DNA of 64,000 nucleotides, taken from the NCBI RefSeq assembly GCF_002868845.1, contig NZ_PKUB01000044.1, positions 32,041 through 96,040 on the forward strand, read 5' to 3'. Shown one piece after another: positions 37,431 through 46,368 of this stretch. The notes below the pieces were generated by a model. It was not told the origin of the DNA. It ran no database searches and was given only the letters and a program-made list of their open reading frames with translations. Both the position numbers and the translations under genes were made by a program. Origin of the DNA: Desulfuromonas sp. Its GTDB lineage: Bacteria > Desulfobacterota > Desulfuromonadia > Desulfuromonadales > BM501. How positions within the stretch are numbered: the first letter of the stretch is position 1; the number at the start of each line of letters is the position of its first letter.

Positions 37431-39205
37431 GGTCGCTTCGCGGTTCCTTTCCTGAGGGTCGTGTATGTCATCGGTTCTACGCTATTCCAAACTTCCTTGA
37501 GGCCGTCGGGCCAGACCACCTCGACGCCGGTCACCGATTCCGAATCCCCCAAGCCGAACAGGATTCTCGAATCGTTGGCCGAGCAGAAACTGCCGTCGGT
37601 CCGAACCCGCCGCCAGAGGGTCGGCTTCCCTTTTCGCTTCAGTGCGACGCGCGTGCCCAGCAGGTCCCGTTTGCCGGAAGGATCGACCAGGCGCAGGCCG
37701 AGCCATTTGCGGTCCTGGCCCAGCCTGTTCAGCAGCAGGCGCGCCGGCCCGTTGTTGTTGGTGACGAGCACATCGGTATCGCCGTCGTTGTCGATGTCGC
37801 CGAAAACCGCGCCGCGGCTTACTTCCGAAAGGGCCAGAGCTTCTCCGGCCTCTGCCGTGAGGTCGACGAACCGCTTGCCGCTCTCGTTGTGGAAGAGTTG
37901 GTTGGGCTGGTGGAGGGGATAGGGGTCTTTCGCCCGGACCAGCTGCTCGATGACAAGCACCGCGCCGTTGAGCACGAAGAGGTCGAGCCAGCCGTCGTTG
38001 TCGTAGTCCAGCCACCCCGTGCCGAAGGAGGTATAGCAGAAACTCCCGGCGGCCAGGCCGAGTCGGCCGGTGTGGTCTTCGTAAAAGCCGGTGCCGTCGT
38101 TGACGTAGAGGGTGCTCGTCTCTCCCATGAGGTGGGTAATGAACAGGTCCTCGTCGCCGTCGTTGTCGAAATCCCCCGCGTCCACGCCCATGCTGGCCTC
38201 GGCCTGCCCGTCCCGGTTCACGGAAGCGCAGGCGAACATGGCGTCCTCCTCGAAGCGGAGGCCCTTCCGGTTCAGCCAGAGCTGGTTCGGTTTGCCGTCG
38301 TTGGCGACGTAGAAATCGAGCCAACCGTCCCCGTTGACGTCGGTGGCCACCACGCCGAGGCCGGGCCCCGGGGAGTAGCCGACCAGGACTTTTGCGGATA
38401 TCTCCTCGAAAGTGCCGTCGCCGCGATTGTGGAAGAAGCGGTCCGGCTGAGCCGGAAAGCCGGACGGGCCACAGTAGTCGCGGCGGCTGTTGTTGGCGTA
38501 GCACTTGGGGTTTTTGACCACGTCGAAGGCGACGTAGTTGGCCACGTAGAGATCGAGCCAGCCATCCCGATCGTAATCGAAGGCGAGAGCGCTCGTTCCC
38601 CACTGGGGATCGCCGGTTCCGGTCTTGGCCGTCACGTCGGCAAAGGTGCCGTCCCCGTTGTTGTAGAGCATCCGGTTGGGACCGTAGTTCGTGACATACA
38701 GGTCGATCCAGCCGTCGTTGTTGAAATCCCCGGTGGTCGCACCCATGCCGTAACCGGTGCTCCGCAGACCGCTCTCGTCGGTCACGTCGACGAAGCGCAA
38801 GGTGCGCCGGCCCTCCTTGTCGATAGCGAGGTCGTTACGGAAGAGTCGGTCCCGGGGCGTGGTGTCCCGCGCGGGGAAGAGGGCGTCGGACGCCTTGTCC
38901 CCCGGCCCCAGCAGTGCCCCCTGAAGAAGGTACACGTCGAGGTCGCCGTCGCCGTCGTAATCGAGCAAGGCCCCGCCCTGCCCGGTCATCTCGGGAAAAT
39001 AAAAGTGACCGGTCATGCCGTTGAAATGGACGAAGTCGAGCCCCGACGCCTCGCTGACGTCCTCGAAGATGGGCGGGGACGCGGTAGCAGCGGCCACGGG
39101 GGTCGCCCCGGCGAGGCAAAGAAAGATCAGGGCCGCAAGCAGCAGGGGACAGGACCTCGGGCCATTCAGCGCGAGGTCGGTTCGGGCGTCTTCAAAAACT
39201 TTCAT
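37427..39205 (-). CDS. CRTAC1-family protein (FG-GAP/VCBS repeats plus ASPIC/UnbV C-terminal domain)
   Basis: The start MKVFEDA at 39205 forms an ATGA overlap with the upstream gene. Repeated DxDxDGxxD loops (DYDGDGDLD, DFNNDGWID, DYDRDGWLD and others). C-terminal RVALKRKGKPTLWRRVRTDGSFCSANDSRILFGLG. Confidence 0.85.
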   Translation of the reverse strand: MKVFEDARTDLALNGPRSCPLLLAALIFLCLAGATPVAAATASPPIFEDVSEASGLDFVHFNGMTGHFYFPEMTGQGGALLDYDGDGDLDVYLLQGALLGPGDKASDALFPARDTTPRDRLFRNDLAIDKEGRRTLRFVDVTDESGLRSTGYGMGATTGDFNNDGWIDLYVTNYGPNRMLYNNGDGTFADVTAKTGTGDPQWGTSALAFDYDRDGWLDLYVANYVAFDVVKNPKCYANNSRRDYCGPSGFPAQPDRFFHNRGDGTFEEISAKVLVGYSPGPGLGVVATDVNGDGWLDFYVANDGKPNQLWLNRKGLRFEEDAMFACASVNRDGQAEASMGVDAGDFDNDGDEDLFITHLMGETSTLYVNDGTGFYEDHTGRLGLAAGSFCYTSFGTGWLDYDNDGWLDLFVLNGAVLVIEQLVRAKDPYPLHQPNQLFHNESGKRFVDLTAEAGEALALSEVSRGAVFGDIDNDGDTDVLVTNNNGPARLLLNRLGQDRKWLGLRLVDPSGKRDLLGTRVALKRKGKPTLWRRVRTDGSFCSANDSRILFGLGDSESVTGVEVVWPDGLKEVWNSVEPMTYTTLRKGTAKRP

Positions 39206-42200
39206 TGCCTGCCTGAAAGGTAGCGGGTTTGATAGGCATCGTGAAGCCTCCGAACCTCGGGGGACGGGACACCGTAGTCGGGAATCGGATCGACGGTCTC
39301 GCCGTTCTGGGTGTGAAGGTCCATGTCCTTGCACCAGCCGTTGGTCTCGAGAACGTAGACCCTGCTCCAGCCGGGCCGGGCCGGGGGCGCCGAATCGGCG
39401 AACTCGAAATGAATCTCCTCGCCGGCGCCGAAAATGGCGACCGCCCCGTCGCGACGATCGACGAGTTCGGTCACCGGCCCGAAGCGTGTGTAGAATCCCT
39501 CGATGAAATGGGTGTCCCACACCGGACGCCGCCTGCCGTAGTCGTATTCGGGGCGATGCTGGTCGGCGGCCACCCGCTCGGGGAAGCCGACCTGCCGCAG
39601 CTCGCCGGAGTCGAGGGGCAGCGGGTGTCTGTCGATCTCGGGGGGCGGTTCGGTGAAGGCGACCGCCAGCCTGTCCCAGTAGATCTCCTGGTTGGTGCGG
39701 ATGCGGATCTGCCGGGCCCCCTCGGGAAGGGGCGGCAGGGGAACGGTCATCTGGCGCGGCATGCCGGCCGGGTAGCCGAACTGCTCGAGAAGCGGGCGCC
39801 ACTGCCCGTCGGGACCGTGCACGTCAAGGGAGGGGGCGCGATATTCGGCCCCCGCCTGCCATGCGGCGAAATTGGTCTGGGAGTAGGGATACTCCACCCA
39901 GCCGTCGGCCAGCAGCACGGGCTGCCCGGGAAAAGCGTCGAGGGCCTCGGCAAAGGTCAGAGTCAGGACGTGCTCCTTCTCGAGGCGCCCGATGAAGCGG
40001 CGGTCGAGGGGGCCGGGCGGCGCCGCCCGGAGGTCCCCAGCGGCGACCTCCTCGGTCACGTCCTCGCCCCGGTCGTTGAGCGCCCGCAGGGGCGCCACGA
40101 TCTGCCGGTAGAAAAGAGGACGGCCGGTGGGCTCGGGCGGAGCGATGCCCATCCGCTCGTCGAGGGTCATGGCCCAGCCCGGCGGAAGGTCGTAGGCCAC
40201 GAGCCGGACCGCGTCCAGGTAGGTGATCTCCTCCATCGGCTCGGTCAGCTTGAGCAAAAACCGCCCGTCCTCCGGCTGCATCAGGCCCTGCGGCAGAAGA
40301 AAGTTCTCCCAGGGCCGCGGGGGGGCGTACTCGCCCGGTCCGAGGGCGTAGCCCATGCCCCCCACGCCGAGCAGGTCGCTCACGAACCGATACCCGCTGC
40401 CGTCCCAGACAAAGAGCACCGGGCAGCTCGACATCTGGCGCTGGGTTTCGGTGATTTCGTGAAGAGCGCCGGCCTCGAGGTCGAGTTCGGTCTGGAAAAC
40501 CCCGTCGGTCCAGTCGATCGCCACGAAGTCGAGGCGCTCGGCTCCGCCGAGCCCAGCGGTGACCGGCTGCAGGCTCTGGCCGGGCCCCGAGCCGTTGCGG
40601 AAGGTCTGTGCCACGGTCCAGCGCGCTCCGACCCGGATCGCCAGCCGATTACCGATGCCCGAGGCGTTGGATCTCCAGGTCGATCCCGGCTCGGTCATGC
40701 CCGAGAGCTTCAGGAGGACGAAGGGATGTCTTCCGGATCCGGCCAGCCAGACCTGCGGCTTCTGCCCCGGGGTCCAGCCGACGAGCACGGGCCCCTCCCC
40801 GGAGTTCATCAGCCCCCAGGCCTTCAGGGCGTCCGCCTCGGCACCCGGAACGGCGAACAAGGCGGCGGTTGCTCCCCCTTCGGGAGCGGCGGCCCACCAC
40901 CCGTCAGGCCCCGAGCCGAGGAGGTCGAGCACCCCGTCCCCGTCCAGGTCCTCAAGGCAAAGGCGGGTCTCGCCCGGTGCCCGGGAAAACGCGGTCTTCT
41001 CCAGAGGAGTCCCCTCCCAGGATGAGCTGGCAGACCGCTCCCAGCGGGTCAGAGCGCCGGCCCTGTCGAGGGCGTAGATCTCCACCCGCCCGTCGGCATC
41101 GGCATCTCCGGCGACGGCGGCCGCGACCTCGGAGGCCTTGAAGGCGTCCCAGCCCGGCGCCGGCCGGTATTCCCACTGACGGTCGTTGAGGTAGACCTCG
41201 TGAGGCGGGTGCTCGTTGACCACGATCAGGTCCACGTCCCGGTCGTGGTCCAGGTCTGCGGTGACGATCGACCGGGAGGGCCCCCCGGTTCCGGCGAGGC
41301 CGTGGTCCGCCGCGAGGGGGCGGAAGGTCCCGTTGCGGTTGTTGTTGAGGAGTTCGTTGGGTCCGTCGGCGTTGACCAGGAAGATGTCGAGATCCCCGTC
41401 GTGGTCGGCGTCGAAAAGGGCGCCGTCCGCTGTGTCGAAGGACCCCATGGCTCCACCCTCCGCGCTTACCTCGCGCCAGCGGCGGCCGGCCTCCTGGCGC
41501 CACAGCTGGTTCGGCCCACGCCTGCCCAGGTAGACGTCGGTGAGGCCGTCGTCGTCCAGATCGCCCCAAAGGGCGAAGTTCACAGACGGCACCAGGGCCA
41601 GCGAATGCTGAAGGTCCAGCCGGTAGCCGGGTTCCCCCGCCGTGCGAAGGAGCACCGCGTTGGAGGCGCCCCCGGGGATTTGCAGAGCCCCGGCAATGAA
41701 CAGATCGAGATGGCCGTCCCCGTTGAAATCGCAGAAGGTCAGGCTGGCACGCCCCCCGCCCTGCGGGCCGTCCCAGGCGCCTGCCGTCAGATCGGGCCCG
41801 AGAGGCTCGGGAGCGCCGAAGACCGGGCCCGGAGGTTTTAACGCGGAAACCGCCGGGGCGGCGCCGATGGTGGCGGCCTCGGACCTGGAACCCATCTTGC
41901 GATACTTGAATTCCAGGCTTCTCGCCCGGGGATTGCCCTTGAGCCCCTGAAAGACTCCCATCATGGCCTCCGCCTCCTCCCTCTTGCCGAGATGACGCAA
42001 GGCCCTGAACGCCCCGTAGTAGGCGCTGACGACATAGGGATCTCCCGCCAGAACCCGCTCGAAGGAGCCGAGGGCCTCCTCGTGGCGCGAGAGATCCATG
42101 AGGGACTGGGCGCGAAAATACCATGCCGCCAGGTCCTCCGGGTCGGCGTCGACGACGGTCTGGAAATGGCTAAGGGCCTCGACCGGCCGGCCCCGGTGCA

Positions 42201-42561
42201 GCTCCAGCAGCCCCGTACAGTAAAGGGCGCGGAGATTTCCCGGGCGGCTCTGGAGAACGCGGCTCAGAATAGACAGGGCCTCCGTTTCATCCCCCTCCTG
42301 CTGCCGGTTGAGGGTGGCCACCGCGAGGTTCACCAGGATGTCCCCGTTGTCCGGATAGTCGAGGGCAAGGCTTGAAAACTCCCGAAGCGCCCCCTCGAAG
42401 TCGTATTGTCCCATCAGGGCGACCCCCCGGTTGTTGGAGGCGACCGCAGAGGGGTCGGGACCGGACGGCCTCAGGTCGGCCCTGCCGAGGCAGGAGCAGA
42501 GGAAGAGGGCCAGCAGGCCGATCAGGGCGGCCGTCGCGACCATGCGGCCTGAGCCGCTCAC
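39202..42561 (-). CDS. Large lipoprotein: N-terminal TPR, FG-GAP repeats, ASPIC/UnbV-like region and an uncharacterised C-terminal domain
   Basis: Lipobox LLALFLCSC. TPR region. Loops CDFNGDGHLD, DADHDGDLD and DLDHDRDVD. The C-terminal region begins SCPVLFVWDGSGYRF. The start is GTG 42561 or ATG 42543. Confidence 0.8.
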   Translation of the reverse strand: MSGSGRMVATAALIGLLALFLCSCLGRADLRPSGPDPSAVASNNRGVALMGQYDFEGALREFSSLALDYPDNGDILVNLAVATLNRQQEGDETEALSILSRVLQSRPGNLRALYCTGLLELHRGRPVEALSHFQTVVDADPEDLAAWYFRAQSLMDLSRHEEALGSFERVLAGDPYVVSAYYGAFRALRHLGKREEAEAMMGVFQGLKGNPRARSLEFKYRKMGSRSEAATIGAAPAVSALKPPGPVFGAPEPLGPDLTAGAWDGPQGGGRASLTFCDFNGDGHLDLFIAGALQIPGGASNAVLLRTAGEPGYRLDLQHSLALVPSVNFALWGDLDDDGLTDVYLGRRGPNQLWRQEAGRRWREVSAEGGAMGSFDTADGALFDADHDGDLDIFLVNADGPNELLNNNRNGTFRPLAADHGLAGTGGPSRSIVTADLDHDRDVDLIVVNEHPPHEVYLNDRQWEYRPAPGWDAFKASEVAAAVAGDADADGRVEIYALDRAGALTRWERSASSSWEGTPLEKTAFSRAPGETRLCLEDLDGDGVLDLLGSGPDGWWAAAPEGGATAALFAVPGAEADALKAWGLMNSGEGPVLVGWTPGQKPQVWLAGSGRHPFVLLKLSGMTEPGSTWRSNASGIGNRLAIRVGARWTVAQTFRNGSGPGQSLQPVTAGLGGAERLDFVAIDWTDGVFQTELDLEAGALHEITETQRQMSSCPVLFVWDGSGYRFVSDLLGVGGMGYALGPGEYAPPRPWENFLLPQGLMQPEDGRFLLKLTEPMEEITYLDAVRLVAYDLPPGWAMTLDERMGIAPPEPTGRPLFYRQIVAPLRALNDRGEDVTEEVAAGDLRAAPPGPLDRRFIGRLEKEHVLTLTFAEALDAFPGQPVLLADGWVEYPYSQTNFAAWQAGAEYRAPSLDVHGPDGQWRPLLEQFGYPAGMPRQMTVPLPPLPEGARQIRIRTNQEIYWDRLAVAFTEPPPEIDRHPLPLDSGELRQVGFPERVAADQHRPEYDYGRRRPVWDTHFIEGFYTRFGPVTELVDRRDGAVAIFGAGEEIHFEFADSAPPARPGWSRVYVLETNGWCKDMDLHTQNGETVDPIPDYGVPSPEVRRLHDAYQTRYLSGRQ

Positions 42562-43808
42562 CTCGGGCCCCCGTCGGGGATGAGGTTTCGGTTCGGGGAA
42601 TCCATGCTTGTCTTTCCTCCGTCACACATAAGTTGTTTATCCTGTTCAGGGGACCCGGGCAGCAGCCGAAGAACGGGCTGCGCCCTGTTGCCGCCGCCAT
42701 TGTCCCAATCGATCATGCCGCTCGCCCCACGATAGCCGCTTTTGGCGGCAAGAGCGTCGCGAACCCCGCTGCGGGTCAGCCCCGCGCTCCGGACCGCCGC
42801 AACGACCATGCGCGCCGCGTCGTAGCCGTAGGCGGCCGATGCCGAGGGGGGGGAGGCGAATCGGTCCCGATAGGCCCGCTCGAAATCGGCGAGGGCTCCG
42901 TCGCCCCGGGACCTCGAAAAAGGCTCGACGGCGACGATGGTCCCGCGATAGGCCCCGCGCAGATCCGCCTCCGAAAGGCCGGGAATCCAGGGGAGAAAGA
43001 TGGGGAAAGAGTCCCCGGATTCCCCCAGGGCCTGGAGCAGCCTCACGACGAGCACGGGGGGCAGGCGCAGAACAAGGCCGTCTGGGGAGAAATCCCTGAT
43101 GCGCCGGGCCGCCTGCCGAAGATCGGGAAGGTCCGCCTCGACGGAGAGGTGAAATGCGGCCGGCACGCCAAAGCGTTCCATGGCCGAGCGCAATCCGGCG
43201 GCGGCTCTCCGGCCGTCGTGGTCGGTGCTGGTCACCATCCCCACACGTTTCAGCCCCCGGGGGACGACCCCCTCTTCGATAAGGATCCTGGCCTGGGCTG
43301 CGCCGTCCGGGGGAAGGCGGAAAATCCACGGCAGGCGGGCATGGGTCAGGGTGGGATCGGAGGAGACGGGAGAGAGCACCGGCAGATAGGCCTTGGCCGC
43401 GATCTGCTCGGCGATGTGCCCGGCCCCGTTGGTGAAGCCGATCACCGCCCAGGACCGGTCCCGGTACACGAGGCGGATCATCTCCTTGGAACCGGCCCCC
43501 CAGGGATTGTCGTCCCAGCGCCTGGCCACCCGGAAGGGCGTACCGCGCAGCCCCCCTTCCCCGTTCGCCCGGGCGACGGCCAGCGCGACCCCCCGGTTCA
43601 GGTCCCGGGCAACGGCTCCGGCCTCCTCACCGGGGGCGAAGAGACCGATAACTACGGCGTCGAGGCCCTCCCGGGCCGTTTCGGCGCCTGCGTGGCCCCG
43701 GAACCGCAAGGGATCGTCGAGCATCTGCTTGTACGGGGCCGCGAAGGCGATGCAGAAACCGAAGGTCAGGATGGCGGCCTGGAGCGATATCAGCGCCCAT
43801 CGCCTCAC
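42558..43808 (-). CDS. Type I periplasmic solute-binding protein (LivK/Peripla_BP_6-like), orphan
   Basis: Signal peptide ILTFGFCIAFA, and VIGLFAP...GVALAVARANGEGGLRG. The GTG start forms a GTGA overlap. Confidence 0.75.
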   Translation of the reverse strand: MRRWALISLQAAILTFGFCIAFAAPYKQMLDDPLRFRGHAGAETAREGLDAVVIGLFAPGEEAGAVARDLNRGVALAVARANGEGGLRGTPFRVARRWDDNPWGAGSKEMIRLVYRDRSWAVIGFTNGAGHIAEQIAAKAYLPVLSPVSSDPTLTHARLPWIFRLPPDGAAQARILIEEGVVPRGLKRVGMVTSTDHDGRRAAAGLRSAMERFGVPAAFHLSVEADLPDLRQAARRIRDFSPDGLVLRLPPVLVVRLLQALGESGDSFPIFLPWIPGLSEADLRGAYRGTIVAVEPFSRSRGDGALADFERAYRDRFASPPSASAAYGYDAARMVVAAVRSAGLTRSGVRDALAAKSGYRGASGMIDWDNGGGNRAQPVLRLLPGSPEQDKQLMCDGGKTSMDSPNRNLIPDGGPR

Positions 43809-45133
43809 CGAAGCATCTCGTCCCGGGAGATGACGCGAAAGCGGCCGCCCTCGGCGATGGCCAGGTAGGCGGGACTCACGTTGTTGTATGTCGCATCGAA
43901 CTCCTTGATGCCGCTGACTCCGGGATAGGTCTTCATGGCGGCCAGCTCGTCACGGATTTTTGCCCGGTTGAGCCCCCCCCTCTCCGTCGCGGCGATGAGC
44001 ATGTTCATCCCGTCGTAGGCGTGGGCGGCATAAGCATCCGAAGACTCGTCGTAGCGGCCGAGATAGGCCTGCCGGAAGCGATGGGCCCGGACATCGTCAC
44101 TCTCCGGGTCGTAAGGATAGCCGGCCGCCACCCTCTCCAGGTTCCCCCCGGCGAGAGCCAAGAACTCGGGGGCGACCATGCGGTCGCTGCCGACCAGCCA
44201 CTGGTCCATCCCCATCGCCCGCATCTGCTTGAGGATCAGGGCCGATTCGACGGCGTCGCCCCAGGTAATGACGACTTCCGGGTCGAGAGCCTTGATCCGC
44301 TCCAGTTGCGGGGTAAAATCGGTGTCCCCGAGCTGGTAATTCATCTCCGCCAGGAAAGGATGGCTCAGCCGGGTGGCGGCGTCCCGGAACTCGTCGATGC
44401 CGATCCGCCCGTAGCGGTTGTTGGCCCGCAGGGCCGCGACCCGGGTCAGTTGCAGCTTGCCGAAGACGAAATCGGCAAGGAGGTAGCCCATCTGCCGGTC
44501 GTCGGTGATGCAGCGGAATGCCCAGGGGATGGCGGTCTCGGAATAGGTCGGGTCGGTATCCGCCGAGTTCATCACCGGCACCTCGATCTTCAATGCAGTG
44601 CGAATGGCGATATGGCTGTTGGCGCCGTCGATGGTCCCGAGGATGGCCCAGACCTTGTCCTTGTAACCGAGGTGAATGACCTCGCTGCCGCTCGCACCCC
44701 AGAGCCCGTTGTCGTTGCGGACCACCAGTTCGTAGGGGATGCCGCTGCCGCGGTACCCGCCGCCTGCGTTGGCGTGCTCCACCGCGAGGCGGGCCCCCTG
44801 AAGCATCCTGCGGCCGAGTCCCTCCTCGTGGGACGCGCCGCCGGTGGCCACGGAGACGGTTTTCTCGATCGGCCCCAGGAACCCGATCTTGACGCTCTCC
44901 ACCCCCTGAGGTTCGGGGATTTCGCGGCCGTGCCCATGGTACTGGACCGACTCGAGAAAATACTCTTTGTAGGGCTCGGCGAACCGCCCGTAGGGGACGT
45001 ACTCGACAGGAGTGCGCCCGTAGACCGGGGGCTCGGCGATCACCGCGCCGCACCCCAAAAGACAGAAGAGGACCATCGCGCAGGCCAGGCCCGCCCGGAG
45101 ACCCCGAAACGCCCGCCGTCGCAGGGCCATCAT
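43805..45133 (-). CDS. Type I periplasmic solute-binding lipoprotein (LivK-like), orphan
   Basis: Lipobox VLFCLLGCG, and KIGFLGP...GARLAVEHANAGGGYRG...ILGTIDGANSH. The start forms an ATGA overlap. Confidence 0.8.
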   Translation of the reverse strand: MMALRRRAFRGLRAGLACAMVLFCLLGCGAVIAEPPVYGRTPVEYVPYGRFAEPYKEYFLESVQYHGHGREIPEPQGVESVKIGFLGPIEKTVSVATGGASHEEGLGRRMLQGARLAVEHANAGGGYRGSGIPYELVVRNDNGLWGASGSEVIHLGYKDKVWAILGTIDGANSHIAIRTALKIEVPVMNSADTDPTYSETAIPWAFRCITDDRQMGYLLADFVFGKLQLTRVAALRANNRYGRIGIDEFRDAATRLSHPFLAEMNYQLGDTDFTPQLERIKALDPEVVITWGDAVESALILKQMRAMGMDQWLVGSDRMVAPEFLALAGGNLERVAAGYPYDPESDDVRAHRFRQAYLGRYDESSDAYAAHAYDGMNMLIAATERGGLNRAKIRDELAAMKTYPGVSGIKEFDATYNNVSPAYLAIAEGGRFRVISRDEMLR

Positions 45134-46362
45134 TGCGCCCCCTCCCCCCCGGAAGCCCGCACGGCGGCTTCCGGCGGCCGCAGGCCCGGATAGTATCCCC
45201 GGCCGACGCCCCGCGCCAGGCCGTGGCCGGTGCCGATCCAGAGGTCCTCCCCCTGGAAGTCGAGAGCGGTCACGAAATGGTTGGGCAGAGACAGGCCGGT
45301 GGGCACCGCCCGGACCTCCTCGTTGCCCACCATCAGGTGGGCCGTCCAGGTCCCGGCGTCCTCGGTGTCGCGCTTGTAGGTAACCCAGGTGTCGGTGTCG
45401 AAATCCGCGAGAACCGCCAGGCCCAGATCGGTGGCGTTGTAGCAGGAAGTCGCGCTGCGCCCCACCGACAGGTTCAGGAAGTTGCTGGCCAGCCCGCTGT
45501 CGTGCTCCATGTAGCCGCGCCAGTTCTTGCCGTCGTAGCGGCTCAGGCCGAAATAGGTCGCCGCCCACAGGACCCGGTCGACGTAGGAGACCGAGGTGGT
45601 GATGATGTGAATGAGGCCGTCGTCGCGGTAGAGGTCGATCTCCATCTCCCGGTCGGGGTCCCGGTGGGCGTTCCAGCGGCGGGTCTTTTCATCCCACTCC
45701 AGGACGCCGCCGCCCCACACAGCGACATAGACCTTGCCGTCGTCGCCGTCGACGTTGTAGCACCAGATCTCCTCCATGGGCGCGTTCTTCTCGGTGAAGA
45801 TCTCCCACTCGCCGGTGAGCGTGTTGAAGGCGCTGAGCCCTGCGGCGGTGGCCGCCCAGACCGTGTCGCCGCTGACCTCCACGCCGTAGACCACGTCGTT
45901 GACCAGGCCGCTGTTGAGCTGGTGGAAGTGATCGAAGCGGCCGCCGCTGAACCGGACCAGGCCGCCGCCGAACAGGCCGAGCCAGAGGTCGCCGGTTTTG
46001 GGGCTGACCGCTATCGACATGACCACGTTCCAGGGCAGTCCGTCCTCCTCGGTCCAGCTCTGCCAGCGCCCCTTCTCGTACAGGGCCAGGCCCCCTTCGG
46101 TGCCGACCCAGAGCCGCTCGCCGTCGGCGAGGATGGTGAAGATGTGGTCATCCGGCAACCCGTCCTCGACGCCGAAGGTCTCCCACTCGGTATAGACGTA
46201 GGGCTCCCCGGCAGAAAGCGAAGGCTGGTCGACGGCCGCCCAGGCCGGCAGCCACCCGGCAAAAAGCAGCGCCAGGAGCAACCCTGCCTGGCGGATGATC
46301 ATCCGGGCCCTTTGGACGGCTCCCGGTTTCTTCGACGGAGTCGATTTCATGGCACGCATCAC
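45130..46362 (-). CDS. Exported beta-propeller protein with Reg_prop (two-component regulator propeller)-type repeats
   Basis: Signal peptide LLLALLFAGWLPAWA. Repeats of the form DGxLWVGTxGGLxxY. Confidence 0.7.
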   Translation of the reverse strand: MMRAMKSTPSKKPGAVQRARMIIRQAGLLLALLFAGWLPAWAAVDQPSLSAGEPYVYTEWETFGVEDGLPDDHIFTILADGERLWVGTEGGLALYEKGRWQSWTEEDGLPWNVVMSIAVSPKTGDLWLGLFGGGLVRFSGGRFDHFHQLNSGLVNDVVYGVEVSGDTVWAATAAGLSAFNTLTGEWEIFTEKNAPMEEIWCYNVDGDDGKVYVAVWGGGVLEWDEKTRRWNAHRDPDREMEIDLYRDDGLIHIITTSVSYVDRVLWAATYFGLSRYDGKNWRGYMEHDSGLASNFLNLSVGRSATSCYNATDLGLAVLADFDTDTWVTYKRDTEDAGTWTAHLMVGNEEVRAVPTGLSLPNHFVTALDFQGEDLWIGTGHGLARGVGRGYYPGLRPPEAAVRASGGEGAQ

Positions 46363-46368
46363 TCTTCG

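Noticed and set aside
37427-39802. N-terminal extensions of track ORFs, for example 791 aa here, 606 aa at 62137..63957, 587 aa at 43805..45568 and 605 aa at 32141..33958
   Set aside because: The extended parts overlap upstream genes or promoters and are Arg/Pro-rich. Internal starts with Shine-Dalgarno sequences, signal peptides or 4-nt overlaps fit better.
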